NCBI GenBank assembly: GCA_963773945.1
Contig: CAVZDD010000005.1
Span: forward strand, 908,163-972,162
Length of the DNA stretch: 64,000 nt
Direction: 5' to 3'
From: an uncultured Thermoplasmata archaeon
GTDB lineage: Archaea; Thermoplasmatota; Thermoplasmata; Lutacidiplasmatales; UBA184
Position 1 is the first letter of the stretch. Every line of letters begins with the position of its first letter. A program made the translations under genes and the position numbers. This document shows positions 28,983 to 38,137 of the stretch, one piece after another. The notes below the pieces were generated by a model. The model saw only the letters and a program-made list of their open reading frames with translations. It was not told the DNA's origin and searched no databases.

Positions 28983-30068
28983 TCACTGGCCGAGGGCGTT
29001 GGCGTTGAGTGCGTTCTGAAGGGCGTCTAATTCTCCCATCATCCAGTCCTGGAACGAAACGTCCGGGGGCTGAATGGTCTCGGTGACGCCAAAAGTAGTG
29101 ACGTTGTACTCCGCCGCGATGGCCTTCATGTTCTTCGTGATGGGAGTCACGGTCTGCTCGTTGTAGACCAGCACCTTGACGTTACCACTCTCGAGCTGAC
29201 ACTGAAACTCCACCACGCTAGGGTCGGGGGGATCGTTGCCTTCCGCGATCGCCTCCATGAAGGCCGGCGGCGAGACCAGGTCCAGGTCGGTCGCGTTGGC
29301 CAGATAGACGAAGATGCTCTCTGTCGAAGCGACCTCGGTCCCGTGGAACTGATCCTTGATCTGAGTTACCCGTGAGTACAGCGATCCGAGCGAGGCGGTC
29401 AGGTTGTCATACTGGGCGGTAAAGTAGCCTGTAAGGGACGGGGCGATCGTGGTAAGATTGTGGAACATCCAAGCCACCGTATCGTTCACATACGTCGGAT
29501 TGTACCACAGATGGGGATTACCCGTGACGATCCCGCCGTTGACGCTCACTCCGAGGCTGTCGCCTACGTTCAAAATGGTCTGATTACTGTCGCCATCCGA
29601 TGCGATGAGCCCGGTAGCCCACTGGTCGTATCCCACGTTGTTCACGATCACATACTGGGCGTTCTTGATCGCGATCGCGTCGGAGTCGTTGGCCTGATAC
29701 TCGTGCGGGTCCGTATTGGGGTCGGTGACGATGCTCGTCACGTTTACGTGCGTTCCGCCCAGTTGAGAGACTAGACTCCCCCAGAAGTTCTCGGCCGCAA
29801 CTGCCTGGATCACCGGACCGGGAGTCGCTGGGTTGGCCGGCTCAGTCCGATCGAGCGTCTGGGTAGGTTGAGGCGTGGCACGCACGGCGGTGGGTTCCGG
29901 AGGCCTCGAAGGGGAGCTCGGACCCTTCAAGGCGGGGCTCAACCCGGAGGTTGACTGAGAGCCGCACGGCGACGCCGGCGCACCCAGAACATAGCCCACG
30001 TAGATCCCCGTCCCAACCAGAGCACAGACGATGACCACCGCGACGATGATCTGAGAGTTTCTTTGCAT
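28983..30068 (-). CDS. Metal ABC transporter substrate-binding protein (TroA/ZnuA cluster-9 SBP)
   Basis: DPHEY and NPHLWYNP motifs (metal-ligand histidines of the TroA fold); N-terminal lipoprotein-like signal/TM; internal ATG of ORF 28983..30125. Confidence 0.8.
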   Translation of the reverse strand: MQRNSQIIVAVVIVCALVGTGIYVGYVLGAPASPCGSQSTSGLSPALKGPSSPSRPPEPTAVRATPQPTQTLDRTEPANPATPGPVIQAVAAENFWGSLVSQLGGTHVNVTSIVTDPNTDPHEYQANDSDAIAIKNAQYVIVNNVGYDQWATGLIASDGDSNQTILNVGDSLGVSVNGGIVTGNPHLWYNPTYVNDTVAWMFHNLTTIAPSLTGYFTAQYDNLTASLGSLYSRVTQIKDQFHGTEVASTESIFVYLANATDLDLVSPPAFMEAIAEGNDPPDPSVVEFQCQLESGNVKVLVYNEQTVTPITKNMKAIAAEYNVTTFGVTETIQPPDVSFQDWMMGELDALQNALNANALGQ

Positions 30069-30070
30069 CC

Positions 30071-30502
30071 TCAAGCCCCCGTGTTCCTGTCCGAGCACGG
30101 GGTGATCGGCGCTCCGTGAGGACACACGGAGGGGTGGCCCTCCGCGGCACAGAGTTGTTCCACGGTATGGTGAGAGATGGCGAGATCGACCTCACGCGCC
30201 GCTTCACAAGTGGCTTCGGGAGCCAGGCCCAGCTGACTAAACAGGCTCTCGGCTACGCGGTGATGACGCTGATATTCGACCAAAGTGGTCCGACCCCTCG
30301 GGGTTAGCCGCGACTTCCCGCGATGCCGCGCGATCAGCCCCATCGCTTCGAGTGGGGTCAGGTAGCCCAATGCGGAAGGGGGACTCACCCGCAGCGACGC
30401 GGCCGTGCTTTTGAGGGGGACTCCGTGGTCGGCCGTCTCTCCGCCGGCGATGGCCCGAAGCGCGTCGACTTGGCGGCGAGTCAGGCGTTGAAGCGTCTCC
30501 AT
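30071..30502 (-). CDS. DtxR/MntR-family metal-dependent transcriptional repressor
   Basis: N-terminal wHTH (LKSTAASLRVSPPSALGYLTPLEAMGLI), metal-site residues (HHRVAE...CPHG); located directly upstream of the metal ABC operon. Confidence 0.75.
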   Translation of the reverse strand: METLQRLTRRQVDALRAIAGGETADHGVPLKSTAASLRVSPPSALGYLTPLEAMGLIARHRGKSRLTPRGRTTLVEYQRHHRVAESLFSQLGLAPEATCEAAREVDLAISHHTVEQLCAAEGHPSVCPHGAPITPCSDRNTGA

Positions 30503-30642
30503 TCTTGTTCCCAGGCGCGAACACTATATATCGGTAGTCCTAATTATTAGGTATTGCCGAATTATGGTGACCGGTCTCAGGTGACCCTAATCGGGCAAAG
30601 CGAACTCCCTGGGGAGATCAAATCCGGTCCCTGAGCACAGTC

Positions 30643-31431
30643 CTACGAGTCCAACGGGACACGGAGGGACGGAGTCGGAGTACCTTTTTGGAGCACGCCG
30701 AGCTTGCTCAGCCAGGTCTTGGGACGCTGGCCGGCCTCCGCCGAAAACTCAGAGAACGCAGGAGTCCAGTCGACATCGTCGGACATGAGCCATCCGCCCC
30801 GGGCGACATACGGCCAAGCCGTCCGGTACTCCCAGATCTGGTGGTCGTGGGAGTGGTCCGAGTCGTGGTAGAAGAATCCGACATGGCCGAGGTCCTTGAG
30901 AAGGGCGGGAAGCAGTTCCTTCGCATCTCCAAGCTGAAGCTTCCAACGGCCGGTGAGTCCCATCTGCTTCACCACGACACCGGTCTGGTCCACTTCGGCG
31001 ACGTAACTGCGGTCTGGGACTCCGTCGGCATTCATTTGTCCGCCTGGTGTCATGCAGGGCAGGTCAATCGAGTAAAGTGTTCCTTTCTGGTTCGCGTCGA
31101 GGGCCATGAGCCAGTAGGCGCTCGACATGCCGAAGTGCACACCCGTCTCCACAATGATGTCGGGTTTGGCCAGACGGGTGAAGTTGTAGAGCACCTCGTT
31201 AAGCCAGGGAGAGATGCTGTATCGCTTTTCGAGGCCGCACTCTCGCACGGCCCGATCGACCCTCCGACGACGCTCCCGGGCACCGGGAAGCGGCTTGACG
31301 CCGTACGTGTGGTAGAACTCCCGGTCCAGCCTCCAGGGAACAATGGTCTGGGCCTTGAATTCCCGCCAATAGGCCGCTAGGGTCTGCCCGATACTCGTCA
31401 AGCTCGGCCAACCAGTCAGCCGCCAGCTCAA
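30643..31431 (-). CDS. Class I SAM-dependent methyltransferase, TylF/MycF-like O-methyltransferase fold
   Basis: IIVETGVHFGMSSAYWL matches the E-x-G-V-x-x-G-x-S motif of the TylF family; paralogous to 34242..35045 (RIVIETGVRPGYTTAWIL). Confidence 0.5.
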   Translation of the reverse strand: MSWRLTGWPSLTSIGQTLAAYWREFKAQTIVPWRLDREFYHTYGVKPLPGARERRRRVDRAVRECGLEKRYSISPWLNEVLYNFTRLAKPDIIVETGVHFGMSSAYWLMALDANQKGTLYSIDLPCMTPGGQMNADGVPDRSYVAEVDQTGVVVKQMGLTGRWKLQLGDAKELLPALLKDLGHVGFFYHDSDHSHDHQIWEYRTAWPYVARGGWLMSDDVDWTPAFSEFSAEAGQRPKTWLSKLGVLQKGTPTPSLRVPLDS

Positions 31432-31629
31432 GACGGGCGGGGCATTACCCTTGCGTCAATCACGTCTCAATGACGGGCCGCACTTATCCCACCCCTCCGG
31501 ATTGCTGCCGAACGGGGTCTCATCGTACAGCTTGCGACCAGCTAGGCCAAGAAGGGACGCTGAGAGAATCCGCCTCCTCGGCGAAGTATTTCTCGTAGGC
31601 ACGCTGCTTTTTATACCAGCTGAATGATG

Positions 31630-31636
31630 TATAAAT
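31630..31636 (+). promoter_or_regulatory. TATA box (TATAAAT) ~37 bp upstream of the 31670 ATG
   Basis: Isolated AT-rich heptamer at the expected archaeal promoter spacing. Confidence 0.4.
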
Positions 31637-31669
31637 GCGCATCGGACCGGTCCGGTGCTCGGATAGAAT

Positions 31670-32191
31670 ATGGGTTTCAAACTGCGCCGGAGAAGTGTCT
31701 ACATCGGAACAATTGTCGCGTTGCTTGCAATGGTCGCTGGGCTAGCCGTTGCGGCCGTTTCAGGAATTGTGTTCACCACAGGAACGGGAAACCAGAACTT
31801 CGGATCGATTACAACCGGGAACACGATCTACTCCTCGGCCTCAACCGTCACACTGTCCCTAGTTTCCGGGGACGGACTTACAAATGGATGCCTCCTAACC
31901 ACGACCTATGCGGGATCTGCTGCGAACATCCCCGTAGTCGGAACCGGAACAACTTGCCTTGCGTCAAACGAGTGGTACGACCAGCTGACGTTTACCGGCG
32001 TAAACGTACCGGCCTCCGCTTCGGACACGTTCTGGATTGGGGTCAACGGTGCAGCGGCGGGCGCAGGGTTCACCGTGATCGGTTCAGGGACCGCAATTGT
32101 TGGCGGTACTCTAAACATCTATATCGACGACGGCCCAACGTCGGGCGCTCCGGCCATTACGTCGGTCGACGTAACGGTCACCGGTTCGTAG
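31670..32191 (+). CDS. Secreted Thr/Gly/Ser-rich small protein (173 aa) with an N-terminal signal anchor
   Basis: MGFKLRRRSVYIGTIVALLAMVAGLAVAAV, then low-complexity T/G/S-rich beta-type sequence; not a clear class-III (pilin) signal. Confidence 0.45.
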   Translation: MGFKLRRRSVYIGTIVALLAMVAGLAVAAVSGIVFTTGTGNQNFGSITTGNTIYSSASTVTLSLVSGDGLTNGCLLTTTYAGSAANIPVVGTGTTCLASNEWYDQLTFTGVNVPASASDTFWIGVNGAAAGAGFTVIGSGTAIVGGTLNIYIDDGPTSGAPAITSVDVTVTGS

Positions 32192-32390
32192 AGAGCTGGG
32201 ATGGAACGGCGGCAGGGGCTGACAAGCCCCTGCCTAACCCTCCTTCGAATGCCGGAGAGATCACCCCTTTTCATTTAGGCAGTTAGATTTCCAGCGAAGA
32301 AAATTTCACCGGGGCTCTGGCCGCCTCTGGCGCACGGGACGAATCAGCCGTAAAGGGAGCGCGGTAGGATGCTGAGCTGAGGAGATCCAG

Positions 32391-33689
32391 CTATCCTGGG
32401 GCCGGCGCCGACGTCCGCGCGGTAGAACCCCGCGGTAGGGGGTATCTTAGGATAGCGGCTACCCCGCCAAATGCCTTGGATAGCATCTCGCCCTCTTCGC
32501 TTTCGGCCGACACGAGACGGACAATGGTGCCGGAGTCTGCTGCTTTCCGGAACAGCTGCTCAACGTAATCCTCCTCGGAGACAATCTCCGGTGGAGAGCC
32601 CCCGCATTTGGGGCACGGGGCAGATGCCACCTTCTCCACCTCGGCGTCGGCGAGGGTGCGGGTAAATTCGTGCCCGCAGGAACTGCACTTGAAATGAACC
32701 CGCTTCTTCCGGAGACCCTCGGAAACGAGGAGGGTTTCCACGGCCCCGGCGTCGAGCGCGCCCAGGACTTCCGCCTCCCCATAGGCCGCTAGGCCGACCT
32801 CCGATTTCCGGACCTCGTTCAGGAACCGCTGGACGAGCCGCTTCTCGTCGTGGATCTCGAGGCCGTGCAGCGTCTGCGTCGCCTTCTCGACCAGCTCCTT
32901 CAGCCCATACTCGTCGGTGTAGCCCGTATCGAAGTGGGGTTGCACCACCTTCTGCAGGAGCTCGTAGTGCAGGTAGCCCTCCTTCACTAGCACGTCCTTG
33001 GTGGAGCCGGGGCCGCCGAGCAGGATCCCCTTGAGGACGTCCTTCTTCGGCAGAAATAGCTCGTTCGCCATCTCCCCGACGCGGACGAAGAAGTCGTGGG
33101 CCGCGTGCTCGATGAGGCGCTCGAATCGATGTTGGGACTGACCCCCCCGCCCGTGCTTCGAGGGGACCTGCGACTGCTTGTTCCGGAGCGCCTCGATCCG
33201 CTTGCCGCGCAGGAACCCGAGCGTTACCTCCGCCCGGTCGAGCACGATGAGGCCCCAGAGCTCGGGCTCGTGCACCATCGAGACCAGCGGGTCCAGGAAG
33301 AACGTCGAATCGCAACGGTACAGGTAGGTGTTGAGCGGCTCCGGAGGCTCCACGATGAAGGTGACTGGCACCGATTTGTCGGCCCCGACGGCCTTGCTGC
33401 CCACGAAGAAGGCCACCCCCTTGGAGGGTGCCTCCTTGAACTGCCGGACCCGCCCCATGAGCGACTCGATCGCCCACATCACGTTCTTCCGCGTCGTGCG
33501 GCTCTTGATGTTCGAGCTCTGCGCGTATTCGTTCCGCAGGTAGGCCATCACATCGGAGAGTTGCTTCGCCGGCGGCACGTAGAGCGAGATCAGCTCGGTC
33601 GCCCGGCCGCGGGCGCCGGCGATCTCATCCAGCTTGCGCTTGAAGGTGTACCGGGCCAGCTGCGTGTCCAGCTCGGGGGCGGCGGTCAT
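32391..33689 (-). CDS. prf1: Peptide chain release factor aRF1
   Basis: Full-length match to the aRF1/eRF1 layout: ELISLYVPP, GGQSQHRFERLIEHAAHDF (GGQ motif), NIKS-like SNIKSRTTR, and a C-terminal zinc ribbon CSSCGHE...CPKCG. Confidence 0.9.
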   Translation of the reverse strand: MTAAPELDTQLARYTFKRKLDEIAGARGRATELISLYVPPAKQLSDVMAYLRNEYAQSSNIKSRTTRKNVMWAIESLMGRVRQFKEAPSKGVAFFVGSKAVGADKSVPVTFIVEPPEPLNTYLYRCDSTFFLDPLVSMVHEPELWGLIVLDRAEVTLGFLRGKRIEALRNKQSQVPSKHGRGGQSQHRFERLIEHAAHDFFVRVGEMANELFLPKKDVLKGILLGGPGSTKDVLVKEGYLHYELLQKVVQPHFDTGYTDEYGLKELVEKATQTLHGLEIHDEKRLVQRFLNEVRKSEVGLAAYGEAEVLGALDAGAVETLLVSEGLRKKRVHFKCSSCGHEFTRTLADAEVEKVASAPCPKCGGSPPEIVSEEDYVEQLFRKAADSGTIVRLVSAESEEGEMLSKAFGGVAAILRYPLPRGSTARTSAPAPG

Positions 33690-33758
33690 TCAGGCACCCG
33701 AGGCGCTACGGACCGGGGCGGCAGTCGACGGGAGGGCGCCCGTCCCGGCGCGAGGCAG

Positions 33759-34076
33759 TCACAGCAGCTGTTGGACGTGTTCGGAGATCGTGTCTTCGGG
33801 GTAGGCCCCGACGATCCGGTCGACGAGCTTGCCCTGCTTGTAGAACAGGAGGGTCGGGATGCTCATGATCCCGAGCGCGCCCGCCTTCTCGGAGTTGTCG
33901 TCCGAGTTGAGCTTCCCGAAGGCGACTTTGCCACCATACTTCTCCGCGAGCCGGTCGACGATCGGCGAGACCATCTTGCAGGGGCCGCACCAAGGCGCCC
34001 AGATGTCGATCACGACGGCGTCGTTCTGCTGGGTGAACTTGTCGAAGGTGGCGTTGTCCAGTGTGGAGACTGTCAT
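33759..34076 (-). CDS. trxA: Thioredoxin
   Basis: WAPWCGPCK active site; 105 aa. Confidence 0.85.
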   Translation of the reverse strand: MTVSTLDNATFDKFTQQNDAVVIDIWAPWCGPCKMVSPIVDRLAEKYGGKVAFGKLNSDDNSEKAGALGIMSIPTLLFYKQGKLVDRIVGAYPEDTISEHVQQLL

Positions 34077-34241
34077 GTTGCGATTACTCCCGTGGGGTAG
34101 GTCAACGAGTACGTCCGCCTTTAAACGGTTGCCGTGGAATCGTTGTAACTGGAGGGCGGACGGTGCGGTCTCTCACTCCCGGAAGACTCCGACCGTTCCT
34201 CGGCCAGATGGGTAATGTAGAAGAATGCCATTCCCCGGCTG

Positions 34242-35045
34242 ATGGAACCTGAGTCTCCTCCATCGGTCGTTTCCATGTCGACTGGGGCCTCTTCGATCAC
34301 GCGGCCGCCCTCCCTGCGGAGTCGTCCGCCGGTGCTCCTCCGTCCCGCAATGCGCCGCGCGATCCGGCAGCGAATGGTGCGTTTCCGGCAGCCATCGATC
34401 GACCGTCTGGCGGTGCTAGCCGGACGGTCCGCCTCCGAGATTCAGGGATACCGGCGCGAGCTCGCGTCCAGCGAGATTCCCGATCTGCTGATCCAGCGCG
34501 GTGCCAGCCTGCCGTTCACCCAGGAATTCCCCCAGGCGGGGTTGCTCTATCTCCTGGTGCGGAGTCAGCGCCCAAGAATCGTCATCGAAACCGGCGTGCG
34601 GCCCGGCTACACCACGGCCTGGATCCTGGCCGCTTTGGAAGCGAATAGGGAAGGCGTCCTCCACTCGCTCGGACCCGGTCCCACCGGGCACCGGAGCCAA
34701 GCGGTGCGAGAAGTAACCGTCGGACAATTTGTCCCGCCCTCCCTCCGGGGGCGGTGGACGCTCGTGCTCGGGAACACCGAGGATAACCTCCGCGACCTGC
34801 TGGCGCAGCAGCGGCCGGTCGACCTCTTCCTATCGGACAACGGACCCAATGCCGACTGGGCCCGTTTCGAGCTGCATTCTGCGTGGGGCTCGCTCTCGCC
34901 GCGGGGAATTCTGCTCGCCCACCACGTCGATGCGAACCCGGCCTGGGCCGACTTCTGCCGGGCACAGGGGGTGGCCGAACAGATCCTCGATCCGGGCCCG
35001 CCCCGACTCGGGGCCGTATCGATGGTCCACGGCCCGGGCCGGTGA
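34242..35045 (+). CDS. Class I SAM-dependent methyltransferase, TylF/MycF-like (paralog of 30643..31431)
   Basis: RIVIETGVRPGYTTAWILAAL; similar length and layout to the paralog. Start uncertain. Confidence 0.5.
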   Translation: MEPESPPSVVSMSTGASSITRPPSLRSRPPVLLRPAMRRAIRQRMVRFRQPSIDRLAVLAGRSASEIQGYRRELASSEIPDLLIQRGASLPFTQEFPQAGLLYLLVRSQRPRIVIETGVRPGYTTAWILAALEANREGVLHSLGPGPTGHRSQAVREVTVGQFVPPSLRGRWTLVLGNTEDNLRDLLAQQRPVDLFLSDNGPNADWARFELHSAWGSLSPRGILLAHHVDANPAWADFCRAQGVAEQILDPGPPRLGAVSMVHGPGR

Positions 35046-35059
35046 GCGCGGCGCGGTTC

Positions 35060-35581
35060 CTACCGCTCGAGCTCCTCGATCAGGTGCTGCACCGCGGGCA
35101 GGACGAGCTTTTCGAGCGCGGTACGCACGGCACGTTCCGAGCCCGGCAACGCGAAGACCGGCTTGTCCCGAACGAGAAACAGGGAGGCTCGGCTCAGCAT
35201 CGCGAGCGGTCCGACCTCCTGGTAGCTCAGCGTGCGGTAGAGGTCGCCGAACCCCTCCAGCCGGCGTCCGCCCATCGCTTCGAGCGCCGCAACCGTGAGG
35301 TCGCGGGAGCTCACCCCCGTACCGCCGACGGTGATCGTGGCCTCGACGGGAATCTCCTTGAGGTACGGGTCGAGCTTGTCGCGCACGTCGGCGACACTGT
35401 TGGCGACCAGGTCATAGTGCAGGACCGTGTGGCCGGCCTGACGGAGGAGGTCGCGCGCCAGGTGGCCCGAGGGGTCATCGTCCGGGGTATGAGTGTCCGA
35501 GACGCTCAACACGACGAAGCCGACGGAACGGTCGCCGCCCAGGTGGTGTCGCCCCCCCGCCGGTTTGGTTTCTGTCATCGT
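35060..35581 (-). CDS. moaB: Molybdenum cofactor biosynthesis protein MoaB/MogA
   Basis: GGTGVSSRD (MogA/MoaB GGTG motif), FVVLSVSDT; internal ATG (MTETKPAGG...) of ORF 35060..35692. Confidence 0.75.
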   Translation of the reverse strand, partial: TMTETKPAGGRHHLGGDRSVGFVVLSVSDTHTPDDDPSGHLARDLLRQAGHTVLHYDLVANSVADVRDKLDPYLKEIPVEATITVGGTGVSSRDLTVAALEAMGGRRLEGFGDLYRTLSYQEVGPLAMLSRASLFLVRDKPVFALPGSERAVRTALEKLVLPAVQHLIEELER

Positions 35582-36031
35582 GTTCGTCCCGAGATTGGCC
35601 GTTTCTCCTTCGCCACGACCCGGATGGGTCCGAGTCGGGTCCCCGGATATCCTCCGCCGCGAGTTTTCTCCAGGTACTTGACCATGTCCCATACAGTGAG
35701 AAGGGCCACCGTGGCCCCGACGAGCGCCTCCATCTCAACTCCTGTCCGCCAGAGGGCCTCCGCCTCCGCCTCCACTCGAACTCCCGTTCGGGTCGACCGG
35801 ACCTCGACCCGGCTCGCCGGTGAGCGGGATAGAGTGGCAGTGGGGGATCAGCTCCGGAGTGTGACGCATGGCCATCATGCCGGCGAGTTCGCCCGCGAGG
35901 AGAGGGTCCCCCTTCTCCACCCGCCCGGCGCGGATGGCCTTGCGGCTTTTTTCGGTGAGAAGGAGCGCGCCCTCCACCACCGCCCGGCGGTAGACGACGG
36001 GTTTCTGATGGACGCGGCGTTGGGCGGTCAC
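35575..36031 (-). CDS. moaC: Cyclic pyranopterin monophosphate synthase MoaC, interrupted by a 1-nt frameshift near 35808..35812
   Basis: N-terminal part has ...ELIPHCHSIPLTG (MoaC LIPLCHP motif) in ORF 35735..36031. The C-terminal part VEVRSTRTGVRVEAEAEALWRTGVEMEALVGATVALLTVWDMVKY (MoaC TGVEMEAL...TIYDM motif) is in another frame (ORF 35575..35775). Confidence 0.6.
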
Positions 36032-36035
36032 GGAG

Positions 36036-37031
36036 TTACCGGCTCCGGCCCTTCAGCGTAGCGATGCGAGCGAGTACCGACTCGAGCTGGATCCGGTCGG
36101 AGGCGCCCTGTGCGAGCCGGAAATCCAGGTCGGCGAGGTGCTGGATGAGCAGGATCTTCTCCCCGGCGGGAATAGGCGGTCCCGGTTCCCCCACGACGTA
36201 GCTGTGCAAGGACCGGAGGATATCCTCCCCGCTGGCCCCCCGCTCCACGAACAGGCGGAACAGCTGTTCCCGCGCGGCGAGAAAATCCCCCTCCAAGGCC
36301 GTTCCGAAGATCGCCTCTACCTCGTCGCGCATCGGAGCCGTGACGACGTCGCGGATGGCCGAGATATCGACTCGGTCCCGGAACGTGGCGGCCAGCTGCA
36401 ACAAGTTGATCGCCCGACGGAGGTCCCCGTCACTCGCCTCGATGATCGCTTGGTAGGCATCGGGCGAGACATCCCGTTTCTCCGCCGTGGCGATGCGCTT
36501 CAGCTGGTCCTGGATCTGGTCGGGCGAATAGATACGGAATCGGAAGACGGCGCAGCGGGACTGAATCGGCTCGATGATCCGGGACGAGTAGTTGCAGGAC
36601 AGTATGAAGCGGCACGCGGCCGAGTACCGTTCCATAAGCCGGCGCAGCGAAGCTTGGGCCTCCGCCGTGAGATTATCGGCCTCGTCAAGGAAGAGGATCT
36701 TGAACCCCCCGCCGATCGGCGCGCTGCGGGCATAGCTCTTGATCGTCGTGCGGACCGTGTCGATCCCGCGCTCGTCCGACGCATTCAGTTCCAGGAAGTT
36801 CTGGCGCCAATCCTCGCCAAACAGGTCACGCGCGAGCGCGATCGCGGCCGTGGTCTTCCCCGTGCCCGGGGGTCCAGCGAGCAGAAGATGCGGCATCGAG
36901 CGTTTCTGCGCGTAGGCGCGGAGCACGGGCACAATGCTCTCCTGGCCGACCATGTCGGCGAGGCTCTTGGGACGATACTTCTCGACCCAGACTGTGTCCC
37001 GTTCTTGCGCCGGCATGCAACCCGTGACCAC
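36036..37031 (-). CDS. rfcS: Replication factor C small subunit
   Basis: WVEKYRPKSL, Walker A GPPGTGKTT, SRC-like box, DEAD-like FLDEADNL, arginine finger region; 331 aa. Confidence 0.9.
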   Translation of the reverse strand: MVTGCMPAQERDTVWVEKYRPKSLADMVGQESIVPVLRAYAQKRSMPHLLLAGPPGTGKTTAAIALARDLFGEDWRQNFLELNASDERGIDTVRTTIKSYARSAPIGGGFKILFLDEADNLTAEAQASLRRLMERYSAACRFILSCNYSSRIIEPIQSRCAVFRFRIYSPDQIQDQLKRIATAEKRDVSPDAYQAIIEASDGDLRRAINLLQLAATFRDRVDISAIRDVVTAPMRDEVEAIFGTALEGDFLAAREQLFRLFVERGASGEDILRSLHSYVVGEPGPPIPAGEKILLIQHLADLDFRLAQGASDRIQLESVLARIATLKGRSR

Positions 37032-37127
37032 CGGACCGAACCGCGCACTTAGGGTTTGTCGGGGATTGACCTCGCGTTAGATGGAGGATATATCGCCGGC
37101 TGGCCTCCACCGACCCGGGAAAGCTCC

Positions 37128-37913
37128 ATGCGTCCGTTACTCGCGCACCTTCAATTCCGTGGCACCATCCGCGAACGCTCGGTCGAACCGTACATCCGCA
37201 TTCTGAAGGCGCTTCAGGCCAAGAACCGGGTGCGGGGCGTCCTGCTGGATATCTCGAGCGGCGGAGGAGCCGACATTCCCTCGCAGGATTTCTACATGGC
37301 CGTGAAGCGGCTTAACGCCGTGAAGCCCGTTCTCGCATCGATTGGCTCGGTCGGCGCCTCCGGTGCCTACATGGCGGCACTCGGTGCGCGCAGGATCTAC
37401 GCGTACCCCGAGTCGATTGTCGGCTCGATCGGCGTGGTGTTTCCCCATCTGGCGGTTCGAGAATTGCTCGAGAAGGTGGGAATCCATCTCGAGATGCTCC
37501 ACGAGGGCCGGCACAAGGACGCCTATCAGGGGTTCCGCGACCTCACCGATGAGGAGCGGACCAAGCTTCAGGCCGTGATCGGGGATAGCTATCGGGGCTT
37601 CGTCGAGACCGTGGCCCGCGAGCGTCACCGTCCCTTCGAGCAGATCCTCCCCCTGGCCACCGGCGAGTTTTGGTCGGGTCGAAAGGCCCTCGAACTGGGC
37701 CTCATCGACGCGCTGGGTGACCGGGACGCCGCTCTCCAGGAGCTCTCCCAGATGACCGGGGTTCCCGTCGGGCGCACGGTCCGCGTGGCGCCTCCACGAC
37801 CGTTCATGGAACGGTTCCTGTCGGGCGGAATGAACTTCATCGGCACCCGCGTGCGTGAAGGGATCCAGGACGCCGTCGAGGACCTGGCGTTCGAGTCGTT
37901 GTTCAGCCGGTAG
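37128..37913 (+). CDS. sppA: Signal peptide peptidase SppA (S49 family, short archaeal form)
   Basis: S49 core with catalytic-Ser context SIGSVGASGAYMAA and Lys region; internal ATG of ORF 37056..37913. Confidence 0.75.
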   Translation: MRPLLAHLQFRGTIRERSVEPYIRILKALQAKNRVRGVLLDISSGGGADIPSQDFYMAVKRLNAVKPVLASIGSVGASGAYMAALGARRIYAYPESIVGSIGVVFPHLAVRELLEKVGIHLEMLHEGRHKDAYQGFRDLTDEERTKLQAVIGDSYRGFVETVARERHRPFEQILPLATGEFWSGRKALELGLIDALGDRDAALQELSQMTGVPVGRTVRVAPPRPFMERFLSGGMNFIGTRVREGIQDAVEDLAFESLFSR

Positions 37914-37940
37914 TCTGCCGGCGCAGGTCCCCCATCGGGG

Positions 37941-37947
37941 TTAAATA
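37941..37947 (+). promoter_or_regulatory. TATA box (TTAAATA) 25 bp upstream of the Sec61-beta ATG (leaderless)
   Basis: ggggTTAAATAgcg in GC-rich context. Confidence 0.4.
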
Positions 37948-37971
37948 GCGCCCTCGACCGTAGACCGCCCG

Positions 37972-38136
37972 ATGCCCCCCGAACAGCGCCAGCGCGCTTT
38001 CAGCTCCGCCGCGGGGCTGATTCAGTACTACGACATGGAGGAGACGAGGGCGCTCAAGATCGCGCCCTACTACGTCCTCATGCTTGGGATCGGCGCCGCC
38101 GTGTTGGTGGAAGTTCTCAACTGGAAGTTCGTCTGA
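37972..38136 (+). CDS. secG: Preprotein translocase subunit Sec61-beta (archaeal SecG), 54 aa; absent from the ORF track because it is under 60 aa
   Basis: Hand translation: MPPEQRQRAFSSAAGLIQYYDMEETRALKIAPYYVLMLGIGAAVLVEVLNWKFV*. Matches the Sec61-beta signature (AGLIRYYDEE...KIsP..V....g.....V..L) with a single C-terminal TM helix. Confidence 0.65.
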   Translation: MPPEQRQRAFSSAAGLIQYYDMEETRALKIAPYYVLMLGIGAAVLVEVLNWKFV

Positions 38137-38137
38137 A

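Noticed and set aside
33096-34100. ORF 33096..34100 (+), ORF 32560..33477 (-), ORF 43450..44499 (+), ORFs 45934..47203 (+), ORF 58111..58965 (-), ORF 61160..62254 (+)
   Set aside because: Antisense or alternative-frame ORFs over aRF1/thioredoxin, the S2P protease, the coiled-coil giant, the Mo-hydroxylase and TFB respectively; no motifs, and they are incompatible with the well-supported genes.
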